A stretch of 64,000 nt of DNA from Phaeosaccion multiseriatum. Taxonomy: Eukaryota; Protista; Ochrophyta, other classes. Made by a program: the position numbers and the translations under genes. How positions within the stretch are numbered: position 1 is the stretch's first letter; each line of letters opens with the position of its first letter. Positions 1-20,795 of this stretch are shown in pieces. The stretch spans positions 4,836,001 through 4,900,000 of the forward strand of contig OZ218950.1 in NCBI GenBank assembly GCA_965112735.1, in the 5' to 3' direction. The notes under the pieces were generated by a model, which was not told the origin of the DNA, ran no database searches, and was given only the letters and a program-made list of their open reading frames with translations.

Positions 1-208
1 AGGGAGGCAGAGAGGCAGAGAGGCAGAGAGGCAGAGAGGCAGAGAGGAAGAGAGGCAGAGAGGCAGAGAGGAAGAGAGGCAGAGAGGCAGAGAGGAAGAG
101 AGGCAGAGAGGCAGAGAGGAAGAGAGGCAGAGAGGCAGAGAGGCAGAGAGGCAGAGAGGCAGAGAGGAAGAGAGGCAGAGGGGCAGAGAGGCAGAGAGGC
201 AGAGGGGC
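1..208. repeat. (AGAGAGGC)n 8-bp tandem repeat, intronic
   Basis: Visible directly, with occasional AGAGAGGA variants. Confidence 0.9.
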
Positions 209-569
209 ACAAAAGTGTGAGGGGCGTGCATGTTAGGGGCCCATACGCTTGCTGCGGCGAGTAGGCCGATGTGCTTGACCATAGATGGCACTTAAGGGTG
301 TAATATAATATAGGCCCATGTGCCCATGTGCTTGTTACTGCGAGGGGGCTCCTTCCACTCCCGTATATGGGTGCGTGCGTGCGTGCGTGCGTGCGTGCGT
401 GTGCGTGCATTCGCGAAGAACGTTATCTATTTGTGCAGTCAGAGCCATCCCTCCTCTGCCCCTTTCTCTGCCCCTCTCCCCCGTAGCAGTAGGCTGAGCT
501 GTACTGTATCACCAACTGCTGCACTGTGAGCTGTACTGTATCACCAACTGCTGCACCGGCGCTACTCAC

Positions 570-6748
<6,179 letters not shown>

Positions 6749-7867
6749 GGACGACCCAGGCAGAGGCCGAGGCCGAGACCGCGGCCGTGCCTGGTGCTGC
6801 TGCAGTCTCCTTGGCAGGGGCGACGGAGGAGGAGCCTTGCATTCGCACCCGACAAATGGGTTCGCTCTCTTCATCTATACAAAACGGCTCTGTATCAGTA
6901 CACCATAGGGCCTTTGTAGGGCCTTTGGGAGAGGGAAGAGAGGCGGTACAGAGAGCGGATCTTTAGGGGTTGCTGCCTTTACTATCGACCGCAGCTCTGG
7001 CGGCAGACCACCGCACGGGGAGAAAGACAAGATAGGGGGGACAGAGATTATTATAGCGGTGCAACACACACACCACTGCTCTCTCTCTCTCTCTCCTTAA
7101 TCCTCCTCAACCTCCTCCTCACTTCTCCAAAATCTCCCCACCTTCCAACCTGGTGTAAAAGCCTGATTCTGGCGTTGCTGCTGCTGCTACTACTCCTCCT
7201 CCTGCTGTTCCTCCTCCCTCTTCTCCCTCCAGCTGGGTTTGTGTATAAATAGCAGAAAGCCGATCTTGCCTTAACCGTCGATGTGAGTTTCACCTTCTTG
7301 GACAGGACACAGTAGGGACGAGGGTTTCCGGGCTGGACAAATGCCGCACTTGGCGTTTTTTTTCCATTCAAGCTGTTGACGGCTTTGCGTAAGAGCTTTT
7401 AAAGCGAGAGAAGCGATGGTAGGGGTGGGCCGCTGCTGCTGTTATTAGAGATACCCCAGTGCTTTGTACTGACAGCGAGGAGGGCAGGACCTACAAGGAA
7501 CCCCCCAAAGGTAGGAGCTTGAAGGGAAAGAGAAGATCGGAAAAAATAGATTACGCGGTGGGGTGGTCGAGGATTTGCTCATCCTTATTATCGATGCTTC
7601 TGTGCGTATGTACGCCAAGGCATTATAACTGCTTTGCCTCCGAAGAAAGAAGGGGTTGATGCAATGCATAAGTGAGGTACTGCCTTTAAAGTCCTTTGCT
7701 CCCACACTCTTTGTCTTGCCCGCCACCACAACCTCCCAGCCGGCCTGTGGAAGGTCCACAGCGAATCGTAGACGCTTTGGCGGCGAAGTAGCAGGGTTTA
7801 CCTTCTGGCCGCCTGTCTGGTGACAGGAAGTTGAGTCCGCATCGCGGTATCGCAGCACTGGGTCACC

Positions 7868-12123
<4,256 letters not shown>

Positions 12124-12154
12124 TAGGAATCACCTGGGCAGAGGGGAGGCAGGG

Positions 12155-12245
12155 ACCAAGCCTTAGTAGTCTGAGAGACCAAGCTTTAGTAGTCTGAGAG
12201 ACCAAGCCTTAGTAGTCTGAGAGGCCAAGCTTTAGTAGTCTGGAG
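12155..12245. repeat. 23-bp tandem repeat x4 (ACCAAGC[C/T]TTAGTAGTCTGAGAG) in the 3' flank of the EF-hand gene
   Basis: Visible directly. Confidence 0.85.
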
Positions 12246-12284
12246 AGGAGAGAGAGAGAGGGAGAGAGAGGACAGAGAGAGAGG

Positions 12285-12357
<73 letters not shown>

Positions 12358-12487
12358 GACTGCCAGCAAATACCTTCAAATAAGTCAAATACACATTGTA
12401 AACGCTTCAATCCAGCCACAGCCCCCATGATGGTCCGGGATTAAGAAGCTGGATTAGCTGTGGCTGTGCATATGTAGTTTGGGGAGT

Positions 12488-12717
<230 letters not shown>

Positions 12718-12908
12718 GCTGCACCACAAGGGATGGAGAGAGTGAATTACATTGACTTATGCGAATCTACGTAACTGTTACGTACGTACTTTTGTGTGTG
12801 TTGGGGGGTGGGGGGGGGATGGAGAGAGTCAAGTGAGGAGGGCCTTCCCTTGTGTTTCTTCTCGTCATGTCACATGCAAGCATACGAGCATACATATATT
12901 ACACCCTT

Positions 12909-13368
12909 AAGCCCCTTTAGTGCCATCTATGCAAGCCTAGGGGCAGCACTTAGGCCCCTTAAGTGCCATCTATGCAAGCCTAGGGGCAGTACCTAAGCCC
13001 CTTAAGTGCCATCTATGCAAGCCTAGGGGCAGTACCTAAGCCCCTTAAGTGCCATCTATGCAAGCCTAGGGGCAGTACCTAAGCCCCTTAAGTGCCATCT
13101 ATGCAAGCCTAGGGGCAGTACCTAAGCCCCTTAAGTGCCATCTATGCAAGCCTAGGGGCAGTACCTAAGCCCCTTAAGTGCCATCTATGCAAGCCTAGGG
13201 GCAGCACTTAAGCCCCTTAAGTGCCATCTATGCAAGCCTAGGGGCAGTACCTAAGCCCCTTAAGTGCCATCTATGCAGGCCTAGGGGCAGTACCTTAAGC
13301 CCCTTAAGTGCCATCTATGCAGGCCTAGGGGCAGTACCTTAAGCCCCTTAAGTGCCATCTATGCAAGC
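12909..13368. repeat. 43-bp minisatellite, ~10.7 copies (AAGCCCCTTAAGTGCCATCTATGCAAGCCTAGGGGCAGTACCT)
   Basis: Near-identical head-to-tail units with no spacers, lying between two convergent genes. Confidence 0.95.
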
Positions 13369-13453
13369 ATAGGAGCATACATATGTTACAGCAGTATCAT
13401 ACCGAAAAAAGTGGATCGCAATCACAGGGAGATACTTGACGCTCGATGGCTCC

Positions 13454-13548
13454 ATGACAGGCACACAGACCACAGAATGACAGGCACACAGACCACAAAA
13501 TGACAGGCACACAGACCACAGAATGACAGGCACACCGACCACAGAAGA
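13454..13548. repeat. ~23-bp tandem repeat x4 (ATGACAGGCACACAGACCACAGA)
   Basis: Visible directly. Confidence 0.8.
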
Positions 13549-13718
13549 CACCTTAAGGCAAGACAATTCATTCCCACTCCACAACAAACAGACCACAGAA
13601 AGAGCACCAGAAGGCACAAAAGACACATTCATTCCGTAGTTGTGAGAGCACCAAAACACAACAGAGGCGGTGCTTGAGGGAGCAAGTCCCGTGAATGTCA
13701 ATAGTAATGTCATTATGT

Positions 13719-13762
<44 letters not shown>

Positions 13763-14157
13763 GTGATGATGATCATGATCATGATGATAATAAGAACCGG
13801 CGGGAAAGGGGACGACAAAACACCGTGTACCTCCCTGCTTCCCTCCTCTCTCTCTCTCTCTTGCTCTGATCTATTATAAATCCCGACCAATCGATGTACC
13901 TACATGTACACAGCCGTCTCCTCGTCCTGCCTCTATTCAAACCGAATCATCCCCCATACCGTACCGACCGCTCAGAGGCTCAAAACCACCCCCAAACTGA
14001 AACCCTAAACTCGGCTCCTGCTCAGCTCGGGAGGGGAGGGGTCTGGTTGGTCCAGTTCCTCTCATCTCATACAATGTAGAGCTCACAGAGAGAGAGCGGC
14101 TTAAATGGGTGGGCCAGGCGCGGGCCCCCAGGCTAGAAAAGGGCGAGGAATCGAAGC

Positions 14158-16067
14158 CTATTTCCCGACTCGAGGGCGTCCAGACGCCTTTGGTGCGGGC
14201 TAAGGTTACGTATATGTGCGTGTGTGTGTGTGTGTGTGTGCGTGTGTGTGTGCGTGTGTGCGTGTGTGGGTGTGCGGATGGCGGGGTGGTTGGTGGAAGG
14301 TGGGGGGGGAGGGGAGGGGAGGGGGGGGGGGGGAGATTCAAGTGAGATGAGGCCGTAGGACAAAAAGAGGGGCCACAGCAAGCACAGCAAGGGGAGATAA
14401 GCAAGCTACTCGACATCCATCGCTTGACATGTTTCATCAGCCCATGAGCCCATGAGCCCATGAGCACACACACCAACCCTAAACTCAAACTCACCCTGCT
14501 CGGGGGGGGTGTCTTCTTTGCCGAAGCCTTAGGGGCAGGGGGGGCTTTGGGCTCCTTAGACCCGAATGAAAACAGACCGCCACCGCCACCGCCACCGCCA
14601 CCGCCACCGCCGCCGCCCTGAGGGAGAGAAGAAAAAAAAATGTAACGTATAAGTGTGAGTGTGAGTGTGAGTGTCAATTGCTCTAACACACAGCGCGCTT
14701 GAGCTGGCTTGCGTCCGTCCACCTCCTCCTCCTCCTCCTCCTCCTTCTCCTCCTCCTCCTCCTCCTCCTCCTCCTCTTCCCCCCTCTTCTTCCCGCACGT
14801 GCCACTTTAGCAAGTAAACGAACTCACCGACTTGACCGGCTTGGATGGTGCGGGGACATCGGTGGGCACGAAGTCGAGTCCAGCATCCTTCACCTCCCTT
14901 GCACTCATGCCTCCGTAGCCGGAGTAGTCAATGTGCGAGGGGAAGTTTCGTCCGTACCCGTACTTGTCCAGCCACTTCTGGTAGCGTTCGGGGTCCTTGA
15001 CCTTCTTGGAGGCCTTCCTTGCCTCAGCCTTGAGGGCCATCTTGGCGGCATTGTTGGACGTTCGCCCGAACATCTTGCCCAGGAGGGAGTAGTCGCCTGT
15101 GTGTGTGTGTTGGGGGGGGGCGGGGGGGTTCATTGGTTCGGAGGGGATAACAACAAGGGGGGGGGGGGGGGGGTTGTAGGACGTTTGGCGTGAGAAAGGG
15201 GGGTGGTGAAGAAAAGGGTGGGGGAAGGGAAGGGAAAGGAAGGGAAGGGACGAGGAGCCCTGCTGACATCTTTAATCAGACCAATGGCCCTGAGGAGTAC
15301 CGCTGGAATTGCCATCGCCATGCTCAGCTCAGAGCAAACGAGCAACACGGGAGGCGGGCTCACTGCTCGACGTAAGCTGCATATGTCTGGCCCGTCCGTG
15401 ACCTACACGTTCTCCCGCATAGAGATGCTTGCTCTAATGACCCAACCCTCTTCTCCCGCGCAGAAGATTGTGCTGCTATCATTCGGTGGTGCTGAGGCAT
15501 CAACCCCCCCCCCTTTCCTTCTGTGGTAACTGCATATGGTGCCTCGCTCTCGCGCTGCTTCATTGCTGCCGTTCTCTCCCAGACATGCACGCAAAACTCC
15601 CTCCACATATGATACACGGGCCAATGAGTTCCTGCTAACGCCTAGCACCAGATCCTTCGCAGCCCCTCGCCCGCAGCGGCAGCGTATACCTGCCGAGACA
15701 GCTTCTTCACGTGCTGCGAGCGCCGCCCTATTGACCGTTCCTCCTCTCGCCGCACCGTCCGCCCTCTTCCCCGCTTCTCAGCCTGCCGCGCCCCCACCCC
15801 CTCGGCACTCTTACCTTCCTTCTCAATCTCGTCATCTGTCTTCTCCATGCTATAACGAAGTCCGTCCTGCTGAAGGTAATCACGCAGCCAAGTCTCTGAT
15901 GGCAGGAAGTCGTCGCTTCCGAGAGCCATGGAGGGTGTTGTGCACTTGGCGCTGCTCCGGGTACTGGAGGGAGCCGCCACTCGGGTTCGCTGCCCCATGA
16001 AGGCATTGGGGGCGAAGGCCGAAGCCATCGCCAGAGAGGCAAGCAGAGCTACGGACGTGGACTTCAT
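14158..16067 (-). CDS. Plastid-targeted protein of unknown function (bipartite presequence with ASAFAP motif)
   Basis: Exons 16067-15815, 15096-14828, 14617-14495, 14199-14158. MKSTSVALLASLAMASA-FAP is a signal peptide plus ASAFAP motif, followed by a Ser/Arg-rich transit peptide. The protein ends ...PAPKASGRPRVGK*. Confidence 0.8.
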
Positions 16068-16202
16068 TTTTCGATTGTGGCCATTCCTACAACATCATGA
16101 CATGCTGTAGGTGTATGGGCATACGCAAGCATATTTTTTTTGAACGAAGGGTAAGAATGTAGTAGCGATGATGCCGGGGAGCAGTGGGATAGGGTGAGAG
16201 CC

Positions 16203-18335
16203 ATGTCCAGTGACGCGTGTGACGATGAGGTGTCAGACGATTCGTCTGACGAGGAATTGGTCACTTACTATGGTGGCCTTCACGAGGGCAGGTTTGGGGC
16301 TCCCAGCGTGCTTTGGGCGAGCTCGGAGGAGGAGTTCGCACAGCTTATCAGCGAGGCACGGCGGTTAGATCGTGATACAGACGAAGACGAAGACGAAGAC
16401 GAAGACGAAGACGAAGACGAGGCCAATGCAGAGGGAGAGGAGGAGGGTCTTGATAGTGATGATGAAATGGAGGAAGAGGAGGGGAAGGGGGGAGATGGGG
16501 AGGAGGAAGAGAGAAGGAGAAGCAAGGAAGAAGAAAGGGGACAGCCAGGTCGAGAGCAGCAGCAACAGCAGACGCAGCAAGGCGCACAGCCAGGTCGAGA
16601 GCAGAGGGCGCGGCGGCAGCAGCATCGAGCCGGCTGGAAGCACCAGCACGATGTCGATTCCAATGTGAAGAAGCTCCTTGGATTCATGGATTTACCCCGC
16701 GATGCTTGGAATCTGTGCCAGCGGGCACTGGAGGAGCGTGACTTTGACATAGACGAAGCCGCCCTCTACGTCCTCAAAAAGCGGGCGCAGCCGCAGCAGC
16801 AGCAGGACAAGGAGGAGAAGCAGTACCTGGAGCGACGCGCCCTTGGAGGGCGACGGGACGGCACGGAAAGCGCAAGTGGTGGAGGCAGTAGTAGTCGTAC
16901 AAGTCGAAGCGCAAGTGGTGCGGGAGGCAGCGGGCTGGCCGACGAGGAAGAAGGGGGCAAGGAGATGACCTGGATTGCGTGCGATGGTCTTCGGTCATCG
17001 ATGTACTGCGCGGCGCCCGCCGACCCGTCCTCGCGGGCCTTGCCGCCTGGGTGGGTTGGGACGACACGGGAGGGAGGAAGGCGAGCAGCAGCGGTGGCGG
17101 GAGCTGTAGGAGCAAGGGCAAGATTAGCAACAGCAGCAAGGGTGGATGTCAGAGACAGAGATGCGTTTCCCCGTCGAGCGGCAGCCCTCGCGGCAGCAGC
17201 AACACGAACGGCAGCCGCTGACCCCCCTCATGCTGCGGCTATGGCGGGCGCCGTCGCAGGAGGTGGGGCCACCAGCGGGCTTTTGCCGGCAGCGTACGCA
17301 AGCCGAGGGGCGGGTCACAGCGACCAACTGGACACGGGCATGCACAGGGAGAGGCACACAAAGAGGATGAGAGGGGCGGGAAACGACACCCCCACCCCCC
17401 CGCTTCGGTCGTCGTCGTCTCCATCCCCTTCGCCGCCCCTCTCGTTGTCTTCACCTTCACCTGCGCCGCCTTCCTCCCCGAGCTCTGCGTCCTCTTGCTC
17501 TCTGTCCGCCCTTCCCTCGCCGCCGTCGCCTCAGTCATCATCATCACACTCCTTTTGCATGCGTGCCGTGGCGATTGCGGTACCTGCCTGTGAATCGACC
17601 ACTGCACAGACCACTGCACAGATCACTGCACACGCCGCCACCCGGCCAGCGGCAGGTGCAGCAGCAATACCAGCAGTACCACCACCACCAGCACAAGTAT
17701 CAGGAGCACCAGCATCACCACAAGCATCAGCACCAGCAGCATCACCATCAGCAATACCACCAATACCACCGCCACCAGCACAAGTATCAGGAGCACCAGC
17801 AGCAGTAGCAGCACCAGCAGTAGCATCACCCCCACAATCATCGCTACCATTGCTACCACCATCCCCACCAGCACCAGCACCAGCACCAACAACATCAGCA
17901 CTAGCGTCACCAACACAAACAACATCAGCATCAGCACTAGCGTCACCAACAACAACATCAGCATCAGCACCAGCACCAACAACATCAGCACTAGCGTCAC
18001 CAACACCAACAACATCAGCACTAGCGTCACCAACAACAACATCAGCACTAGCGTCACCAACAACAACATCAGCACTAGCGTCAGCAGCACCAACAACATC
18101 AGCACTGGCATCACGAGCAACAGCACCAGCAGCACCAGCATGGCCATCACGAGCATCAGCACTAGCACCAAGAGAGAGAGAGCAAGAAAATTCTGGAGGA
18201 ATGGCGGTGGCTGCCAGAGCAGCAGCAACAGGAACAATTGGTGATACAGCAGCAGCAGGAACAATTGGTGATACAGCAGCAGCAGGAACAGCAATGGAGG
18301 CAACAGCTCCGACCATCCACCCCCTCGGACTGTAA
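16203..18335 (+). CDS. Single-exon low-complexity protein with acidic tract, UBA-like segment and Pro/Ala/Thr-rich repeats
   Basis: Open frame of ~710 codons from ATG 16203. VKKLLGFMDLPRDAWNLCQRALEERDFDIDEAALYVL resembles a UBA/CUE three-helix bundle; TWIACD...RALPPGW resembles a degenerate CW zinc finger. The C-terminal half is repeat-derived, so the true exon structure is uncertain. Confidence 0.5.
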   Translation: MSSDACDDEVSDDSSDEELVTYYGGLHEGRFGAPSVLWASSEEEFAQLISEARRLDRDTDEDEDEDEDEDEDEANAEGEEEGLDSDDEMEEEEGKGGDGEEEERRRSKEEERGQPGREQQQQQTQQGAQPGREQRARRQQHRAGWKHQHDVDSNVKKLLGFMDLPRDAWNLCQRALEERDFDIDEAALYVLKKRAQPQQQQDKEEKQYLERRALGGRRDGTESASGGGSSSRTSRSASGAGGSGLADEEEGGKEMTWIACDGLRSSMYCAAPADPSSRALPPGWVGTTREGGRRAAAVAGAVGARARLATAARVDVRDRDAFPRRAAALAAAATRTAAADPPHAAAMAGAVAGGGATSGLLPAAYASRGAGHSDQLDTGMHRERHTKRMRGAGNDTPTPPLRSSSSPSPSPPLSLSSPSPAPPSSPSSASSCSLSALPSPPSPQSSSSHSFCMRAVAIAVPACESTTAQTTAQITAHAATRPAAGAAAIPAVPPPPAQVSGAPASPQASAPAASPSAIPPIPPPPAQVSGAPAAVAAPAVASPPQSSLPLLPPSPPAPAPAPTTSALASPTQTTSASALASPTTTSASAPAPTTSALASPTPTTSALASPTTTSALASPTTTSALASAAPTTSALASRATAPAAPAWPSRASALAPREREQENSGGMAVAARAAATGTIGDTAAAGTIGDTAAAGTAMEATAPTIHPLGL

Positions 18336-18752
18336 TTAAGTAAGTGTTTTACCATGGTACGTAAGTATCATCATCATCATCGGGGAGAGGGAGAGAGGAG
18401 TTCGACTTCACCGATAAAGGGCGTAGGTTCAAGCAGAGAGGAGGGAGGGAGAAGTGAAGGGAGGGAGGAAGGGGAGGGAGGGAGGGAAGGAGAGAGGGAG
18501 GAGGGGAGGGATGGAACAAGCGGTCCGAAGTGCATCGCATGGACCATCCCTTCCCTGAATCTGCTCAACTTGGAATTGCAGCGGATTTAGGATTTAGTAT
18601 GATAATTAGGAGATTCAGGGGGGGGGGGCGGGGGAGAGAGGGAAGGAGTCAGTGGAGTGTCATTTAAAGTGGGATGAGATGAAGGTCCCACAGTGCTCTC
18701 GTGTTCCATGTCAAGCTGTAGTGTTAGTCAATACATCCAGAGACGTTACGGC

Positions 18753-18821
<69 letters not shown>

Positions 18822-19065
18822 TAGACATGGAAAGTAGGAGCCAGGACCCCCACAGGACCCCCACCTTCCCTATCTGTCCCTATCTGTCCCTATCTGGATA
18901 ACGGACACATTGGAAGTCAGTAGCGCCCCACTTTCCACCACACCGTCAAAGCCCTGCTTTCACCCGCTTGTGTGCATTTGTGAAAAAAGATTTAAAGATT
19001 TACTACACATGTAAGCAACAAAATAAACCACAAACTCTACTTGTGTATTGTAAGCGGTTTGTTTG

Positions 19066-20744
19066 TTATGCCTTCCAAAGCCTCAGCGTGCCATCCCTCG
19101 AGAAGGACGCAAGCAGATTCCGATGTGGGTGATGCGCCACACCTGCCACCTCCATCCCCTCCGCCGCCACCGCCAGACTCTTCTCCACGGCGCCCGTTTT
19201 GAGATCGAAGCAATGGAGGGACCCATCTTCCACGCCACAATACAGCCAAGTGCCACGCGGGGAGGGGCACGCACACACGACATTCCTGCTCGTCGATGAA
19301 AGTAAGGCGGCAGAAGCCGACGCTCCCTTCTTGTTGGAGCTGCTTTTGGAGCCGCCGCCGCTGCTGCTGCTGATGCTACTGCTGAGTGTGGCAGTCTCGG
19401 GGATGGTGTAGCAGCGTAGCACGCTCCCGTGTGGGGTGCAGAGGTAGGCGGAGGAGGAGCGGGTGGCGACGATAATGTTCTCGCTCGAGCCTGGCTCCAT
19501 GAACACACTCTGGACGCTTGCCTGTTGTTGTGTTGTTGTTGTTGTGTTGTGTGTTTGTTTGTTGCATGAGAGGGAGGGAGGGAGAGAGGGGGAGAAAGGT
19601 AGGGAGGGAGGGGAGGGAGGTGGAGAGGGGTGGGCGGGGGGGGTGTGTGGTCCAAACTGATGAGGCAACGAAAGGAGGTGGAGACAGAGGTAGAGGCGAT
19701 GCCTGCCCATATGCCTGCCCATATGCCTGCCCATATGCCTGCATGCCTTGTCGGACCTCGAGGTGCCCCTCTCCGCCTGCTGAGGGCGTGAAGGTGACGA
19801 GGCATTCCGTGGTCTTTGTATTCCACAGCTTCACGCTGCCATCGGATGAGCCAGATACCACCTACAGTTAGAGAACAGGACCACAGAGCAAAGAGAGTTT
19901 TAACAGGCCAGGAGCACAGAGCACAGAGCACAGGGAGTGAGTGCGTGAGAAATGACGCAACCCCCCCCCCAACCCACCCCGCACACACACACACACACCC
20001 ACACAGACACACCCACACATCCACACAGACACATACACACATATATACATACACACACAAACCCACACATACACACACACACCCACACACACACGCACAC
20101 ACGCACACACACACACAAACACACACCCGCGCATACACACACAAACACACAACAAAAACACACGCACACACGCACACACATACCTTGGATCCATCCTGCG
20201 AGAAGCACACGGCGTTGACGAAGCTCGAGTGTCCCCGGAACACTTTTAGCGTCTTGCCCCCCTTGAGCCCGTGGATGCGCACCGTGTGGTCGTGGGATCC
20301 CGTCAGGATCTGCGTGCCGTCGTGGGCAAAGCACAGTGATGAAATACCTGTGGATGTGTGCGTGTGCATGAGTGGATGTGTGTGTGTGGATGTGTGTGTG
20401 TGGATGTGTGTGTGCGTTTGCGTGTGTGAGCGTTTGCGTGTGTGTGGGTGTGCATGTGTGTGTGTGTGTGTTGCTTGCGTTTCGATGACAGGAAAGACGA
20501 AAGGATGGAGCGTGGGAAGGAAGAAGAATGATAATAGCTGCACACCTCCCCCTCCACCTCCCCCTCCCCCCCCCCCCTCTCTCTCTTTCTCTCTCCCTCT
20601 CGCTCTCTCCCTCTCGCTCTCTCCCTCCCTTCCTCCCTCCCTCCCTCTTCTCGTCGAGATGACCCCGGGATCCTCACATCACTAACTCTTCTCCCCCCCC
20701 CCCTCGGGCACGGGCAAAACCTGGAACCCTCTGTGCCCAGCCCC

Positions 20745-20795
<51 letters not shown>

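Noticed and set aside
12909-13368. CRISPR-like appearance of the 43-bp palindromic array
   Set aside because: Units are head-to-tail with no unique spacers, there are no cas genes, and the context is eukaryotic.
17531-18355. Antisense ORF with ASADVVVGD repeats
   Set aside because: Mirror of the CAG/CAC-derived repeat region of the + strand ORF, with no independent evidence of coding.
19700-19756. Possible non-canonical GC donor in SMU1 near the (GCATATGGGCAG)3 repeat
   Set aside because: A canonical GT donor (GAG|GTCCGA at 19756) in the correct phase explains the junction.
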